64,000 bases of DNA from Trichoplax adhaerens (taxonomy: Eukaryota > Animalia > Placozoa), in contig NW_002060946.1 of NCBI RefSeq assembly GCF_000150275.1, forward strand, positions 6,362,597-6,426,596. The letters run 5' to 3'. Shown here one piece after another: positions 15,001-27,065 of the stretch (position 1 is the stretch's first letter; each line of letters starts with the position of its first letter). The notes beneath the pieces were generated by a model. The model was not told the DNA's origin and searched no databases. It saw only the letters and a program-made list of their open reading frames with translations. The position numbers and the translations under genes were made by a program.

Positions 15001-17311
15001 ATTGATTTGTAGATTAGATCACATAAGTAATCCTATCTGGTATATTGAAATCGATCATTTTAGTAATAATAGATTTAGTTTCACATTTAGAAATGCTTTT
15101 AATTGCATTAAATTTGATCCTTCAGATTTATATGGCCGTTATTTACTCTCTCAAGCTATTTTAACAAGCGAATAAATTTTAGTTAGGCCTACAGCAATAA
15201 TATTTCTATATTTATACTGAAGTTAAATATAAAGGACATTAAACGGCTGTACGAGTACATATATTTTAGTGTATAAATATAAAGTGTAAGTCAGTGGTGG
15301 CAGTATAGTCTTACCTTAGTTCTTGGGTTGTGCACACTAACGTGTTGTAAAGTAGTAGTACAGTATATGCAGTAAAATCCAGATGAGTCAAGGTCTACGT
15401 AAAGAAAATCGAATAATTTATGTCTAAATTGCCATTTCTCGACACCGATTATAGTTGCAGAATATATATTCGGATTTATACGAGGAGTAAGGCTGTTAGT
15501 CAGCTGTAGCGTTGTACATGTAGTTAATGTATTACTCTATCTCGAATTGGACATACTGCTATTGATACAATTGTACGAGCAACATTTACAAGGCCTTGCA
15601 TGGTTAGGTAAGATTGTAGCCCTAAATTTTCTGTTTATTATATATCTATACAGTCAGTTGACAATAATTGTGTTATTTTCAATGCTTTATTGTTGATAGC
15701 GGGAAGCCCATCAATTATACAAATTATGATGCCGTAAAAGCCTAGCTAAAATCATATTTAGTTATTTATTCATAAAGGTAAATAAGAAAATCATCATTAC
15801 AATCAACAGGTTTCTCTTATTTCAATATCGTAACAATTACATTTATCGGACCGATGCGTAATATCTTATATATTATCTAAGCAATCAAATTAGATAAATG
15901 TTGGCTGTGTTCCACCTACTATGGCCGTCATATTTGTATATAGTCGATACCGCAGACTGGAGTTTATGGAATATAACGATTTTACAAATTCTTTTCATCA
16001 TAATTTAAGGTGGTCGAAACAGCAGTCAGCAAAGAACGTAAATACTTATTTGACTTATCTATATAACTATTACTGATAATGACGTTTTGAACAGGCTCTA
16101 TTGCAAAAATCTTGAGCCTAGGATTGACCTATTGACTCAGAAAAGGTTGTTTTTGCAACTTATCGGTTGATTGCATAGTTTACTTTGTAGCTTCATCCCC
16201 CTCATTTTATTTGTTTAATTTGTTACTTAAACTAGACGTTATTTTCTATAATTTAGTAATTTACGCCGCAAAAGTATTAATTTAAGAACAGGAACAATAA
16301 ATCATGTTCATCAAGTATATCTTGCAGTAAAAATCGTAATAATTTTTATTTAGAATCATGACATGAATCTCTGGGCTTAATAATTATGGTCAACTTTTGA
16401 TGTATCGAACTATTTCACTCCAAATGAAAAGTGATCTTGTCTTAATTATGATCAATTTGTTGTAGTTGTAAGCTTTAAGACCGTCATTGACAGTTAATAC
16501 TTCACGTTATAATGGAAAGATTTTAGCTTTTACTATGATAATAGATCATCCTTGACCTTATTACCGGTTTACTTAACTAAAGTAAATACTACCGTTATTC
16601 CGTAACATTTAATATTCATAACAATTGTCTATTTGTTGTCCTATATTGTATAGGTTCAGATAGATAGCAGGATCACCATACAGCGATTTCTGAAATACTC
16701 CGCGATGCAGTACTTCCTTGCCATAGATATGGCTCTAGATGGATGATTGATGTCATAATCAAGGAATTGCCCCTTACAGCTATTTGCTCTTTCCAATATT
16801 TGAAGAACGGATACGGCGAACTATTGTTCTGATAGCACCATTAACTATTTAATGACTTGATAGTAACTTTTTAATTTCTTGTATCACTGCTTTTGTCAAA
16901 ATTAAAAACTAATAAAAATTTATTTATGGTGAAAGTTTTAAAGCTCGATTCAGGAAAGAGATTATGTGTTAGTGACATAATTACGTGACTGATATCTTCT
17001 TCCTAGAAGATAAAGATTTTAGATACAGATGTGAATTATGACTAGAAAGGATAACGTGGATGTTAGTAATAGTTTAAAGCCTTATAATAAATTTGTACAA
17101 TCCGCATTAATCTCTTCCTGGCTCATAGCTGCTTTCACTGCTGGATAAAATTATGCGTTGCAAGTGTGCATTATTAAACTATGTTCCTATCTTTGCGCTA
17201 TACGTGGATTGAGTTCAACTTAATTTAAAACCACCCCAAAGCCGCGGATATAATGGTTGATAAACTTGGCATATGCTTCCTTAGAGCATTAGAGTCAGTT
17301 TAATCGTCCAG

Positions 17312-17378
17312 TATATAAACCCCAGATAAAAATGCTAACTGGGCACGGTAATTGATGAGCTTGCAGTATGAGGTATGT
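17312..17378 (+). promoter_or_regulatory. Candidate TATA box plus short first exon with strong donor (possible GRAMD1 5' exon)
   Basis: TATATAAA at 17312-17319; ATG AG|GTATGT at 17368-17378 gives a phase-2 donor compatible with the phase-2 acceptor at 27658. An upstream ATG in a different frame at 17355 weakens the case. Confidence 0.3.
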
Positions 17379-20294
17379 TAGAATAGTTTTTATTCTTTCT
17401 TTAGTATCGTGTAAAAAATTTATTTCAAAACGTCTTTGTTGCAGATGTTATAGAGGTACTAACTAATGATATCTTGCAATAATCTACAGTACGCATATTT
17501 TGCTATCACACTTCATATTGGCTGCAAAGAAACAGCCTTATGAACCTACTTGCAGTGATCAATACAATAAATATATACATACAATATTTTATATTAGCGA
17601 AATGTGAAGAAAATTTTATGATTATTGCTCTCGCATGAGAAATGATTAAATTAGAGCAGTAGCAATATGCTTCAGTATTTGAATAGTTAATTTAGTCTCC
17701 TTCCATTTATCTACTGTATGATTGCAAGTTAATTGCAGTATCTTTCGTAGATATACCTGGGAAATAACGGTATAAAATTGTCTTTCCAGTCACGTCAGCT
17801 TCGTTGTTTATCTCACTAAAGGCTTAAATTAAAGTAGGGTTTAATGTTGATATTATTTTCCTAAACGTTAATTGATCGTTGCCTCACTAATTTTACTCTG
17901 TATGTCTATTATAATATTTTTGGGTCAAGTTTAGTAGATATAAATTCGAAAAGGCTTGGCTAAAGCATTCTATTACCTTTATCTAATCCTTTTGTTGTGA
18001 GCTTGATAAGAAATACTAATAAAAACGAATGTAATGGTAATAAAAAAATTATCAGTTACGTCTGCATCGCTCGCCTTTTAGGATATTTTAGACAATGCGA
18101 TTGATTAGCGTCCTTGAATATAAACATATACGATATAATATGACCTAGCAAAAACTACAGATGCGAATAAATTGCAAGATGGAACCAAATATCTCGATTT
18201 GCAATTCGCTTGTAGCCGACCGTTAGCATAAAAAAGGTAATACGAACTAATTTTAATATTTTAATTAAGTTTTCGTACAGTGCAATAATACTAACGTTTT
18301 TATGAAGATATCATAATGCAAAGGGAGTCTATTAAGCAAAATTTATGATTCAATTAATAAATTTCCTTGTGTTTTCAATATATGCGTATAATAGAATTTG
18401 GCTACCTATTGGCTAATTTTGCAGAGCCACTTAAATAATAAATAATTACTGCAAGTTTCGTATGTATTAATTACAGTAATTTTCTAATAAAACACTGGTG
18501 CGGCTGTGATAAATGCTACTATTCCTTTATTTATTTGGATCAAGAAAGATAGGCTATTTGGAGTACTCTTTTCAGATCATTGTAAAGTCAAATTTGGTAG
18601 CTGCATTACGAGGAATTGAGGGTACTAATGTTAGAAAAGTTAATATATTGGCGTCTACAATATTGTATAGAAGTAATTTAATTAAATTATGAAACAAGTC
18701 ATTCGTACTGACTACCAATCCAACCGTAGCTTTGTTTTATTGAATTCCTATAGGAAAACATAATAAAAAATATGTATCAGTATCCTTATGCGTGACTTAT
18801 AGTAACCAGTAAATGTGGTTTAATAATTAGAGATTGGTTAGCTATCACATAATCATATATAGGTCGAAGCCTCGCTCGTGGTAATTCTTGTACTCTACTT
18901 GCACTATTTACTTTATATTATTACTCTTACTTCGTACTGAGTACGAATATTCTACGTATGCTTATGACTTTATCTGATAATATATATTATACTGCTTGTA
19001 TATGCGTATTATTATAGAGTATTCTGATCAGTATAGCTTTTTCATGGTGTTAAAGACCACCATCAAGTATGAATACGTTGCATTAATCATTATATAGCTG
19101 ATTGCTTGTCGTTAGGTTATAGATTGTAAAACTAATTCATTTTACAGTAAGGGTAAGTGAATGAGTTAGATACCTGATTTGTAAGAGAGCTCAAAGGTCA
19201 AATCGTGTTCTCATCATGACTATCTCGTGTTATACGTGCTCTAATGCATTTTAGAGAGTAGGCCTATATCATTTCTGCCGTGAAAGTTAAGGAAATGTTC
19301 ATAGTTGTCAGAGGAATTAATCTTGATAAGTAGTTCGAGATAGAAGAAGACCCAGAAATATCTCTGGTGCCTCTTTATCTCAAGAACATATATATGTTAA
19401 CATATGTATGCATATAGGAAACTAACTTATAAATAAATTCAATATCGTTTTCGCCTTGTCTTGACGTCTACGCAGTAAATTCTTAGTCAATTAGGTAATT
19501 TTAATATATATTAATAATACTACAGTGTAATAACCTGTATGTGCAGTAATAAGCGCATAGTATGTACTGCTCTCTCTCTTTTAATTCACCGTACGGACAA
19601 GCGCATGCATGCAAGCATTGATTGATAACGTACAGTGCAGCGCAGTGTATTTTTTATTTTAACAGATATTTTGCCTTCAGATTATTCTCTAGGGCCTAAC
19701 AAGAGCTGGTTACTAAGCTTACCTTAATCCAGATTTAGCGTATTTGTGTGCATTGTATAACTTTAAATTACGATTCAAACATGGAATTAGAGATGACACA
19801 TGATTGTGATAGAATACCGTCAACATGGCATGCATTTATTTACTCTCTAATTTAGTTGCACTTAGTGCTACTTAGAATAATTGAACGTTATAATTATTGT
19901 ACTGTCTATAGTCATAGTTGATGGCGTACGCGTAAAAGCCATCGGATTTTTCAATGAATCAAGAGAGTTGGAGTTAGTCGTTGGTTCAGAGCAGTGTTGC
20001 GCGGATTATCCGCCTATCCAGCCACCCTGTTTACGTACAGACACCATAGTATCGCATCATATTCAGTAACTGAATAGCACATGTGGCAGACTGTTGAACT
20101 TTGACGTGCAATTTCTACGAGTTTGGCTACTATGAATTACTGCCATAGACTACGTTAGCACTACCATCATCGTGGCAGTTTTTACGACTTGCAATTAATA
20201 TGGGTGGCATGACTCGGTGGAAACTGCAACAGCGATCAAGATGATTTTATGGCTTAATATCATGTTTTACACTGGTTTAACCAACCATTTTGTG

Positions 20295-21102
20295 CTGTCA
20301 GCTTCAGCCAGCTGTACCACCAAACTTCTCCTATATGCACTCATGAGTCATGACTATTGCCATGGTGGAAGCTAAATTGAGTGCATGAGATGAAAGTTGA
20401 GCAGCTTTGACTATGGAAATTTGTTTTCCAACTCTCTCACGTCACTGTACGTGTACGTGTACACGTACAGTGGAAAACAAATTTCCACAAAGTTTCATTT
20501 TCCATAGTCAAAGCTGCTCCATTTTCATCTCATGCACTCACTTTAGCTTCCACCATTGCAACAGTCATGATTGCATATTGGAGAAGTACAGTATGGCGGA
20601 TAGTCAAAGCTGCTCCATTTTCATCTCATGCACTCACTTGAGCTTCCACCATTGCAATAGTCATGATTTCAAGTTGGAGAAGTACAGTATGGCGGATAGT
20701 CAAAGCTGCTCCATTTTCATCTCATGCACTCACTTGAGCTTCCACTATTGCAATAGTCATGATTTCATGTTGGAGAAGTACAGTATGGCGGATAGTCAAA
20801 GCTGCTCCATTTTCATCTCATGCACTCACTTGAGCTTCCACCATTGCAATAGCCATGATTTCATGTTGGAGAAGTACAGTATGGCGGATAGTCAAAGCTG
20901 CTCCATTTTCATCTCATGCACTCACTTGAGCTTCCACCATTGCAATAGTCATGATTTCATGTTGGAGAAGTACAGTATGGCGGATAGTCAAAGCTGCTCC
21001 ATTTTCATCTCATGCACTCACTTGAGCTTCCACCATTGCAATAGTCATGATAGCATATTTGGAGAAGTACAGTCTGGCAGTCCAGCTGGCTGAAGCTGAC
21101 AG
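20295..21102. repeat. Large imperfect inverted repeat (fold-back) centred at ~20457
   Basis: Left arm 20295-20430 (CTGTCAGCTTCAGCCAGCTG...ATGGTGGAAGCT...GAGTGCATGAGATGAAA...GAGCAGCTTTGACTATGGAAATTTGTTTTCCA) is the reverse complement of the right arm (TGGAAAACAAATTTCCA...TAGTCAAAGCTGCTC...TTTCATCTCATGCACTC...AGCTTCCACCAT...CAGCTGGCTGAAGCTGACAG). Confidence 0.92.
20505..21078 (+). repeat. Tandem array, 6 x 96 bp, inside the right arm of the fold-back
   Basis: Units starting TAGTCAAAGCTGCTCCATTTTCATCTCATGCACTCAC at 20505, 20601, 20697, 20793, 20889, 20985; inner units are almost identical. Confidence 0.98.
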
Positions 21103-22792
21103 AGCAAGCTTGTTAAATCAAGCCAGTCCAAGATACTTTCAGTACTGTACTGTAGAGTACAGTACGTTGTACTGTAACATATGTACTGTACACTGTAGCC
21201 TACAGCAGCTGGTACCGTGCTCTACAGTACACTGTACTGTGGACTTGGAACTGTAGCATCCACTTCTCCGCCTGTCTTTCTGTCTGTCAGTCAATCAATC
21301 GCCAGCCAAAACAAAAAAACTTATCAACAATGGAAGTGGCAACTTCTTCTTCTTCTTCCTAAACTGCTTTGCTGTCTTTTCCATCGCTGGATTCATGCTA
21401 ACTTCATTTTGTCCACTACATGGTCTAATCAACTTAGTATGCCGTACTAGGCATAATTGTATGTAAAAATTACAGTGGAGGGATTGACGATTGCTTTGGA
21501 CAGTGAATCAAATTGCCACTACCGGGCTGATGGATTCTAAAGCCAAACATGGTCGATCGGCCAATCGAAAAGAAACTTACGCCATCAATGATGCAGGTGG
21601 AGAAGTAGCCTCTAAGTAAGTTTAAACTGATGTTGGTTATTCTCTGCTATCTATCCACTCTACTTTGTAACATAGAGACACGAGTAATGTTGACAAACTA
21701 TACGAGATTGGCTTAGTTAGTGCATGCATCGATGGATTCACAGATGGCAGCAAGCCAATCTCTCAACGTGGATAGGAGTAGAATTTCAATGACCATTTGA
21801 TCAAGGTTTGATTGAGGTTAAAATGAGGATCGAATAACTTGGAGAGGATAATAGAAAGAAGAATAGCTTCTACTTATCGCTTATGGTGAGATAGGGGGTA
21901 AAAAGGAAGAGTATTTTACCATTCAATTGTCCAATCACAATTGCGCTGGAGATCGTTAGTCTGCAGAATAGGAGTCAAGGAGGAGTATGATCGACTCCAT
22001 GTTTCTTGATGGCAGAAAATGCCTACGCACATTTTCAATATAGGAAGATAATATCGATCGATGTTAACTCAGTAATCAGCTTTATGATAACATTTCTCAT
22101 TTTTGATGGCGTCCTTAACGCCTGCTATTTCTTAATTTTACACCGTAATAGATTACACTATCGACAGTATGGTCGATCCTAAGGTATTTTTTAGAGTACC
22201 AATTAGACTCGGACTCGACATACTGTGTAGATTCCTTTAGCAGTGAGTAACCCATTTTACTCCATACCAACCACTAGAATGAATAGAATACCTTCAACAT
22301 GTACTTGAATATGGAGTTATGACATTGCTGGATAAAATTGATGTCAATAATTTAATAGCATCAACTAATCAACTATCATTTGCCAATTTGAAAGTGATCT
22401 GATGCTATAATAATACGGATCCTTAAGCCATACTACAGTAATACTCTACACATTCATGAAATTGTCGAGGCTACGTTGAGAATTGCTATTATTCCACTTG
22501 TGTTTTTATTGACTTTGCTGCGTTGGCGAATGCACATTTCGTTGTATACTACTCATTGGATTACTAGTATAAATGATTTAAACCTTACGGCTACAACTAT
22601 GTTAACGATGGAAATCTGATTAGGGGAACTGCCTACTAATGGATCATGCATGATTAACAGACGTTTATGTTAAATTGTCATACTGTTTCTCAAGCACTGA
22701 TTACAAAATATTAACTTCAACTAGACTATGGACTACGATGGCCAACTTTCAATATGGATGAGAATAGGTACCCTGTATAATCCAAGTTGTTT

Positions 22793-22810
22793 CCCCCCCC
22801 CCCCCCCCCC
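22793..22810. repeat. C18 homopolymer (G18 on the minus strand)
   Basis: 18 consecutive C residues. Confidence 0.95.
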
Positions 22811-24623
22811 TTGGAATTGGAAAGAAAAGATAAAATCCTGGATGTTGCCGATACGAACAGTATATAGAGATATTCCATTCAAGTAGAGTCGCATCTAGTC
22901 CCATCCACCAATTTTTTTCAATATTAATTGAGCTGGCATTCTATTCAGCTAATTAGATCTTCAGACATCATTCTCCGATATAGATATATTGGCTATTAAT
23001 AGCATATTGTATTGGCAGGATGCAAAATATTCATATTGATGATACCCATGAGTATTGTTTGCGAGCAATTTGTTTTCGTTCTGCCATCATTTTCTGTTTC
23101 ATTTTTTCTTCTCCATAAACTACCTGGATCAAGTCAAGTGAAATTGACTTGATCCAAATGTCTTTACCGTCAATAGTCTTGCAATTAATTTCATCTTAGT
23201 TCCATACAATCTATGGCAGTTGAAATGAAATCTCCATATCGGTCTCATCTTGGTCGAATGATCCTCTTCCGATCGTCCATGGAAATAATTTCAAATTCTA
23301 TTTCCTATCATTGGATTGTTTTTCNCAACTGTTTCACTCCTTTTAATTCGGAATGCGATTTTAGTCCAAATACATAGGGTACAATATTTCTATGACCAAA
23401 ATGGACACATTATAGTAGCCTTAAGCAAATTCTATTCCATGAATAAATGTAGATATATTGATCCATTTACACATGGCTAAAAGACCTTTCAATTGACACA
23501 GTATGATATCTAGTATCAATCTCCTGAATGCTGGACGTGTATTTAAATAGGAGGTTAGTCCAATGCCAGATAGCAAGACAAGAACGGTAATGAATCTTAA
23601 TATGCTAAAATTGATTCAAACTGAGGCATCTACGATACGACATAGGTGTTAACAGGAGGCTGCAAATCCTGGATATCATCGTAATCATGGCATGACATTT
23701 TAGTGAGGCAATAGCTTCGATTGGAAATAAAATTACAATCCAATACGGTACTGTTAGATATATATATATTCATCGGAGGGAGATAGGCAAATGCTCCGCA
23801 TGATGGCAATATGTGTTTAGCCCCCAGAATGTTCTTGTATTCGTCATGACTTTTGGAAATTTAAGTTGTAGTCCTAGTACACGGGATAGAAGAACTTGTA
23901 TTGCTAACAATTGTCGAAACAGATAGACGTGTACTACAATGTAGCTTAGTCATGATGATCGACGGCCGTCATCATGTTACTCTACATTGCACATAAATGT
24001 ACCATGTAGAATATCTTTTCTAGTACTGGTTGTATGGCACTTCAACTTCATTTATTTCTTGCTGCAGGATCCCAGTCTTATGTTAAGCCTCGTTTTGCAG
24101 TTACGTCCATTATCAGAGTCTTTTTCCACTGTTAGTTAAGTCAATAGATGGGCACAGACTCATCAAGAAAGATGGAGGACACAATGATCTAGGAAAGCTG
24201 TCTTGTAGTAGTTCTGGATAGATTCGACATCGTAGTCTATTTTTAATGGCTCCTTATGGGATACCATTTATTTTTATAGGCGATGTCATTGTTGATCATT
24301 TCTCATTATATTCCCTTTTTCCCATGAGATCCGTTTAAATTCTGTAGAAAGATAGAAAAGCCGCTTTCATCAAATAAATGATCGTATATTACGTGGATTG
24401 TCCAGGATACTTGGGATCCTATCACAATCATTCCCTTCTCTCTTCAATATAGCAAGGTAAAATCAATGGGAATAGGAATCATTTTACGTCAAATCAAATC
24501 CTTTCCCCATACGGTATGAAAGTCAATCGGGCTTAATGGTGGTATCCTATTGGGTTTAGTTCTCTTTATTTGTACTCGATTACAAAACTAGCAATGATGT
24601 CAATAAACAGCAGGGATTGTCAC

Positions 24624-25006
24624 TAAGCTGATTCATTTCTTACAGTTTGGAATCGTAAATCAACCCCTAATACGGCTGTAGTAAAAGATAGGCGATTCTC
24701 GAAAATTGGTCAACATTTAAACATTTAAATATAGAAAAAATTTCAGACTCTAGAAATACTCATTCATGAGCATTTCCTATGCTGCACCTTAAACGCGTTG
24801 TTGTATCGATCTGAATGCAAGGTTAAGCTGATTCATCTCTTACAGATTGGAATCTTAAATCAACCCCTAATACGGCTGTAGTAAAAGATAGGCAATTCTC
24901 GAAAATTGGTCAACAGTTAAAAATAGAAAAAATATCAGACTCCAGAAATACTCATTCATGAGCATTTCCTATGCCGTACTTTGAACGCGTTGTTGTATCG
25001 ATCTGA
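24624..25006 (+). repeat. Tandem duplication, 2 x ~200 bp
   Basis: TAAGCTGATTCAT...AAATCAACCCCTAATACGGCTGTAGTAAAAGATAGGC...CATTCATGAGCATTTCCTATGC...AACGCGTTGTTGTATCGATCTGA starts at 24624 and again at 24824. Confidence 0.95.
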
Positions 25007-25739
25007 TTGGCAAAGTCAATAATAATCTCGACCTAGTTTACCCCAACTCCATTTTATTGACTGACTCGGAAAGAACTCTAGACACGCCAAATAAGAACAT
25101 ACTGTACACTACAGCATTCTGTTGATTTTCACCATTTGATCTAGATTACAATCATGTTGTTCACTAGCATTCATTACTTTGTTGTTCTCAAGTCCATTGG
25201 AAAGTATCAATATCTGTTGTTGTAGTATCTTCCATTTGTCTGTTAAGAAATTTTTCTATAGTTTCGAGTCCTCTTTCATTGGCAAATTTCTAATTTCCTT
25301 TTTCAATTTACACTACTGACAAGACTAGGCCATTGGCTGATTAGTAAACGTATCCATAACGCAGTCTTTCTTGAACGACATTACCGTAAATAAAGATTTC
25401 ACTTACTTTCCAAATTAGTCATACATTTCTTGGTCACTTGCTTAACGATATTGCTAAGGGTACTGCTATAGAGATTGTCTTAAGCTGGATTGTCTAATAC
25501 AGTTTTCTTGATCATCATAGTTTCTTTTACTCAGTGCTGTTGTCAAATTGGAGGAATATTAGATTCATAAATTTGTCAAGTCAACAGACAACAGTCAATA
25601 AAACCTGTATTTCACTATGACAATCCATCATGAAAATTGCCTACCTACATTAATCTTGAAGAATAGGGCAATAAACGATCTCATTTTAGATCGGTAATAC
25701 GCCTCATTGGTTCCAATTTTCGGTAAATCAATAACATCA

Positions 25740-27065
25740 GAGTGCTTGACTTACTGTATATTAATTCTTGTATTAATACATATATCAGATAGTGCAATAG
25801 CATTGGTGCTACTAAAATTAGTAACTGTATCTTATTCTTTCAATCATTATTGGATGAAAGCATAAAATAATGATATGGACTGGAAGAGGATTATTAATGG
25901 ACTCTCAATATTGCCAAGTATAGGCGTAGAAATTGAATCAAATCATCCAGGCGTGATAGAAGTATATTGGATATAAAATCATCATCTTACACTAATCTTG
26001 ATCAATATTAAAAGTACGAATTTGATTTTAGATTGGTGCTATGCCTTGTTGGTTAAAGTTTTTTTGAATCAATTCTACGAAAAGTGCTTGATTTGTATTA
26101 ATTCTTGCGCCAATATGCAATCTACTGCAACAGCATTGGTACTACCGACATTAGTAATAGTAAATTATTCTTCAATATATAATGATATACGAGTACATAT
26201 ATTCGATGAGGGTTATTACTCAACTCTTAATGTATCAATTATAATGCAGAGAAATGGAATCATAATTCTACGACAAGTCATTCATTTGTGTTGATTCTTA
26301 CATCAATTTGCAATATACTGCTACAGCGTTGATGCTACCAACATCAGTAACAATAATTTATTCTTAAAATATATCATGATATACGAGTATACATATTCGA
26401 TGAGAGCTATTACTCAACTCTTAATGTATCCATTATAATGCAGAGAAATGGAATCATAATTGTACGACAAGTCATTCACTTTTGCAAATTCGTACATCAA
26501 TTTACAACATATTGCAACAGCATTGATGCTGCCAACATTATTAATAATAGTAACTTGTTCATCAATAATGATATACACGCATTCTCGATGAGGGTTATTA
26601 GCCAATTTTCACTATGTTGTAAAGTAAAGGAATAGGATCATCATTTCACGAGAAGTACTTGTGTTAATTCTTGTACCAATATACAACATGCTGCAACAGT
26701 ATTGATTGATACTGGCAACATTAGTAACAGTAACTTATTCTTAAATAATGATATTTGAATATCTATAGTTGGTAAGGGTTACAAGTCAGCTCTCAAATAA
26801 TTAGAATTAGATGTACTTGATGATTAGTCAACTCTTAGTATCGTATATTGTCATATAATGAAATGGAATCATCATTCTGCGAGAAATGCCTTACTTATGT
26901 TAATTCATGCACCAATATACAGCATCCTGTAATCGACGCCAATAGTATTGATGCTACTAACATTAGCAACAATAATTTACAGTATTCTTAGGGAATAAGA
27001 TATATTTGATAAGGGTTATTAGTAAACTCTCAGTGTTATAACGTAAGAAATTCAAATCAGATCAT
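25740..27065 (+). repeat. Degenerate tandem array, about 6 units of ~185-230 bp
   Basis: Recurring blocks TTAATTCTTG..CCAATAT, TGCTAC..ACATTAGTAA, GAGGGTTATTA..CAACTCT and GGAATCAT; the best-conserved pair is 195 bp apart (~26212 and ~26407). Confidence 0.85.

Larger units (their letters stand above)
21300..25700. mobile_element. Putative decayed mobile-element or viral relic, unclassified
   Basis: Appears less AT-rich than its flanks, with protein-like reading-frame fragments broken by stops and frameshifts; bordered by the fold-back on the left and tandem arrays on the right. No diagnostic domain recognised; boundaries approximate. Confidence 0.35.

Noticed and set aside
20505-21078. CRISPR-like array
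   Set aside because: Units are contiguous and near-identical with no unique spacers; no cas genes; eukaryotic context.
20407-21093. 228-aa Cys/His-rich repeat ORF resembling a zinc-finger or metal-binding protein
   Set aside because: It arises from the 96 bp (32-codon) tandem unit, starts at TTG inside the left arm of the inverted repeat and runs across the palindrome; Cys/His spacing matches no finger family I recognise.
23325-23325. Ambiguous base n
   Set aside because: Assembly uncertainty, not biology; it does flag lower sequence quality in the island.
25998-26635. ORFs of 98, 63 and 65 aa sharing MQRNGIII
   Set aside because: By-products of the ~190 bp tandem array; frames are not preserved between units.
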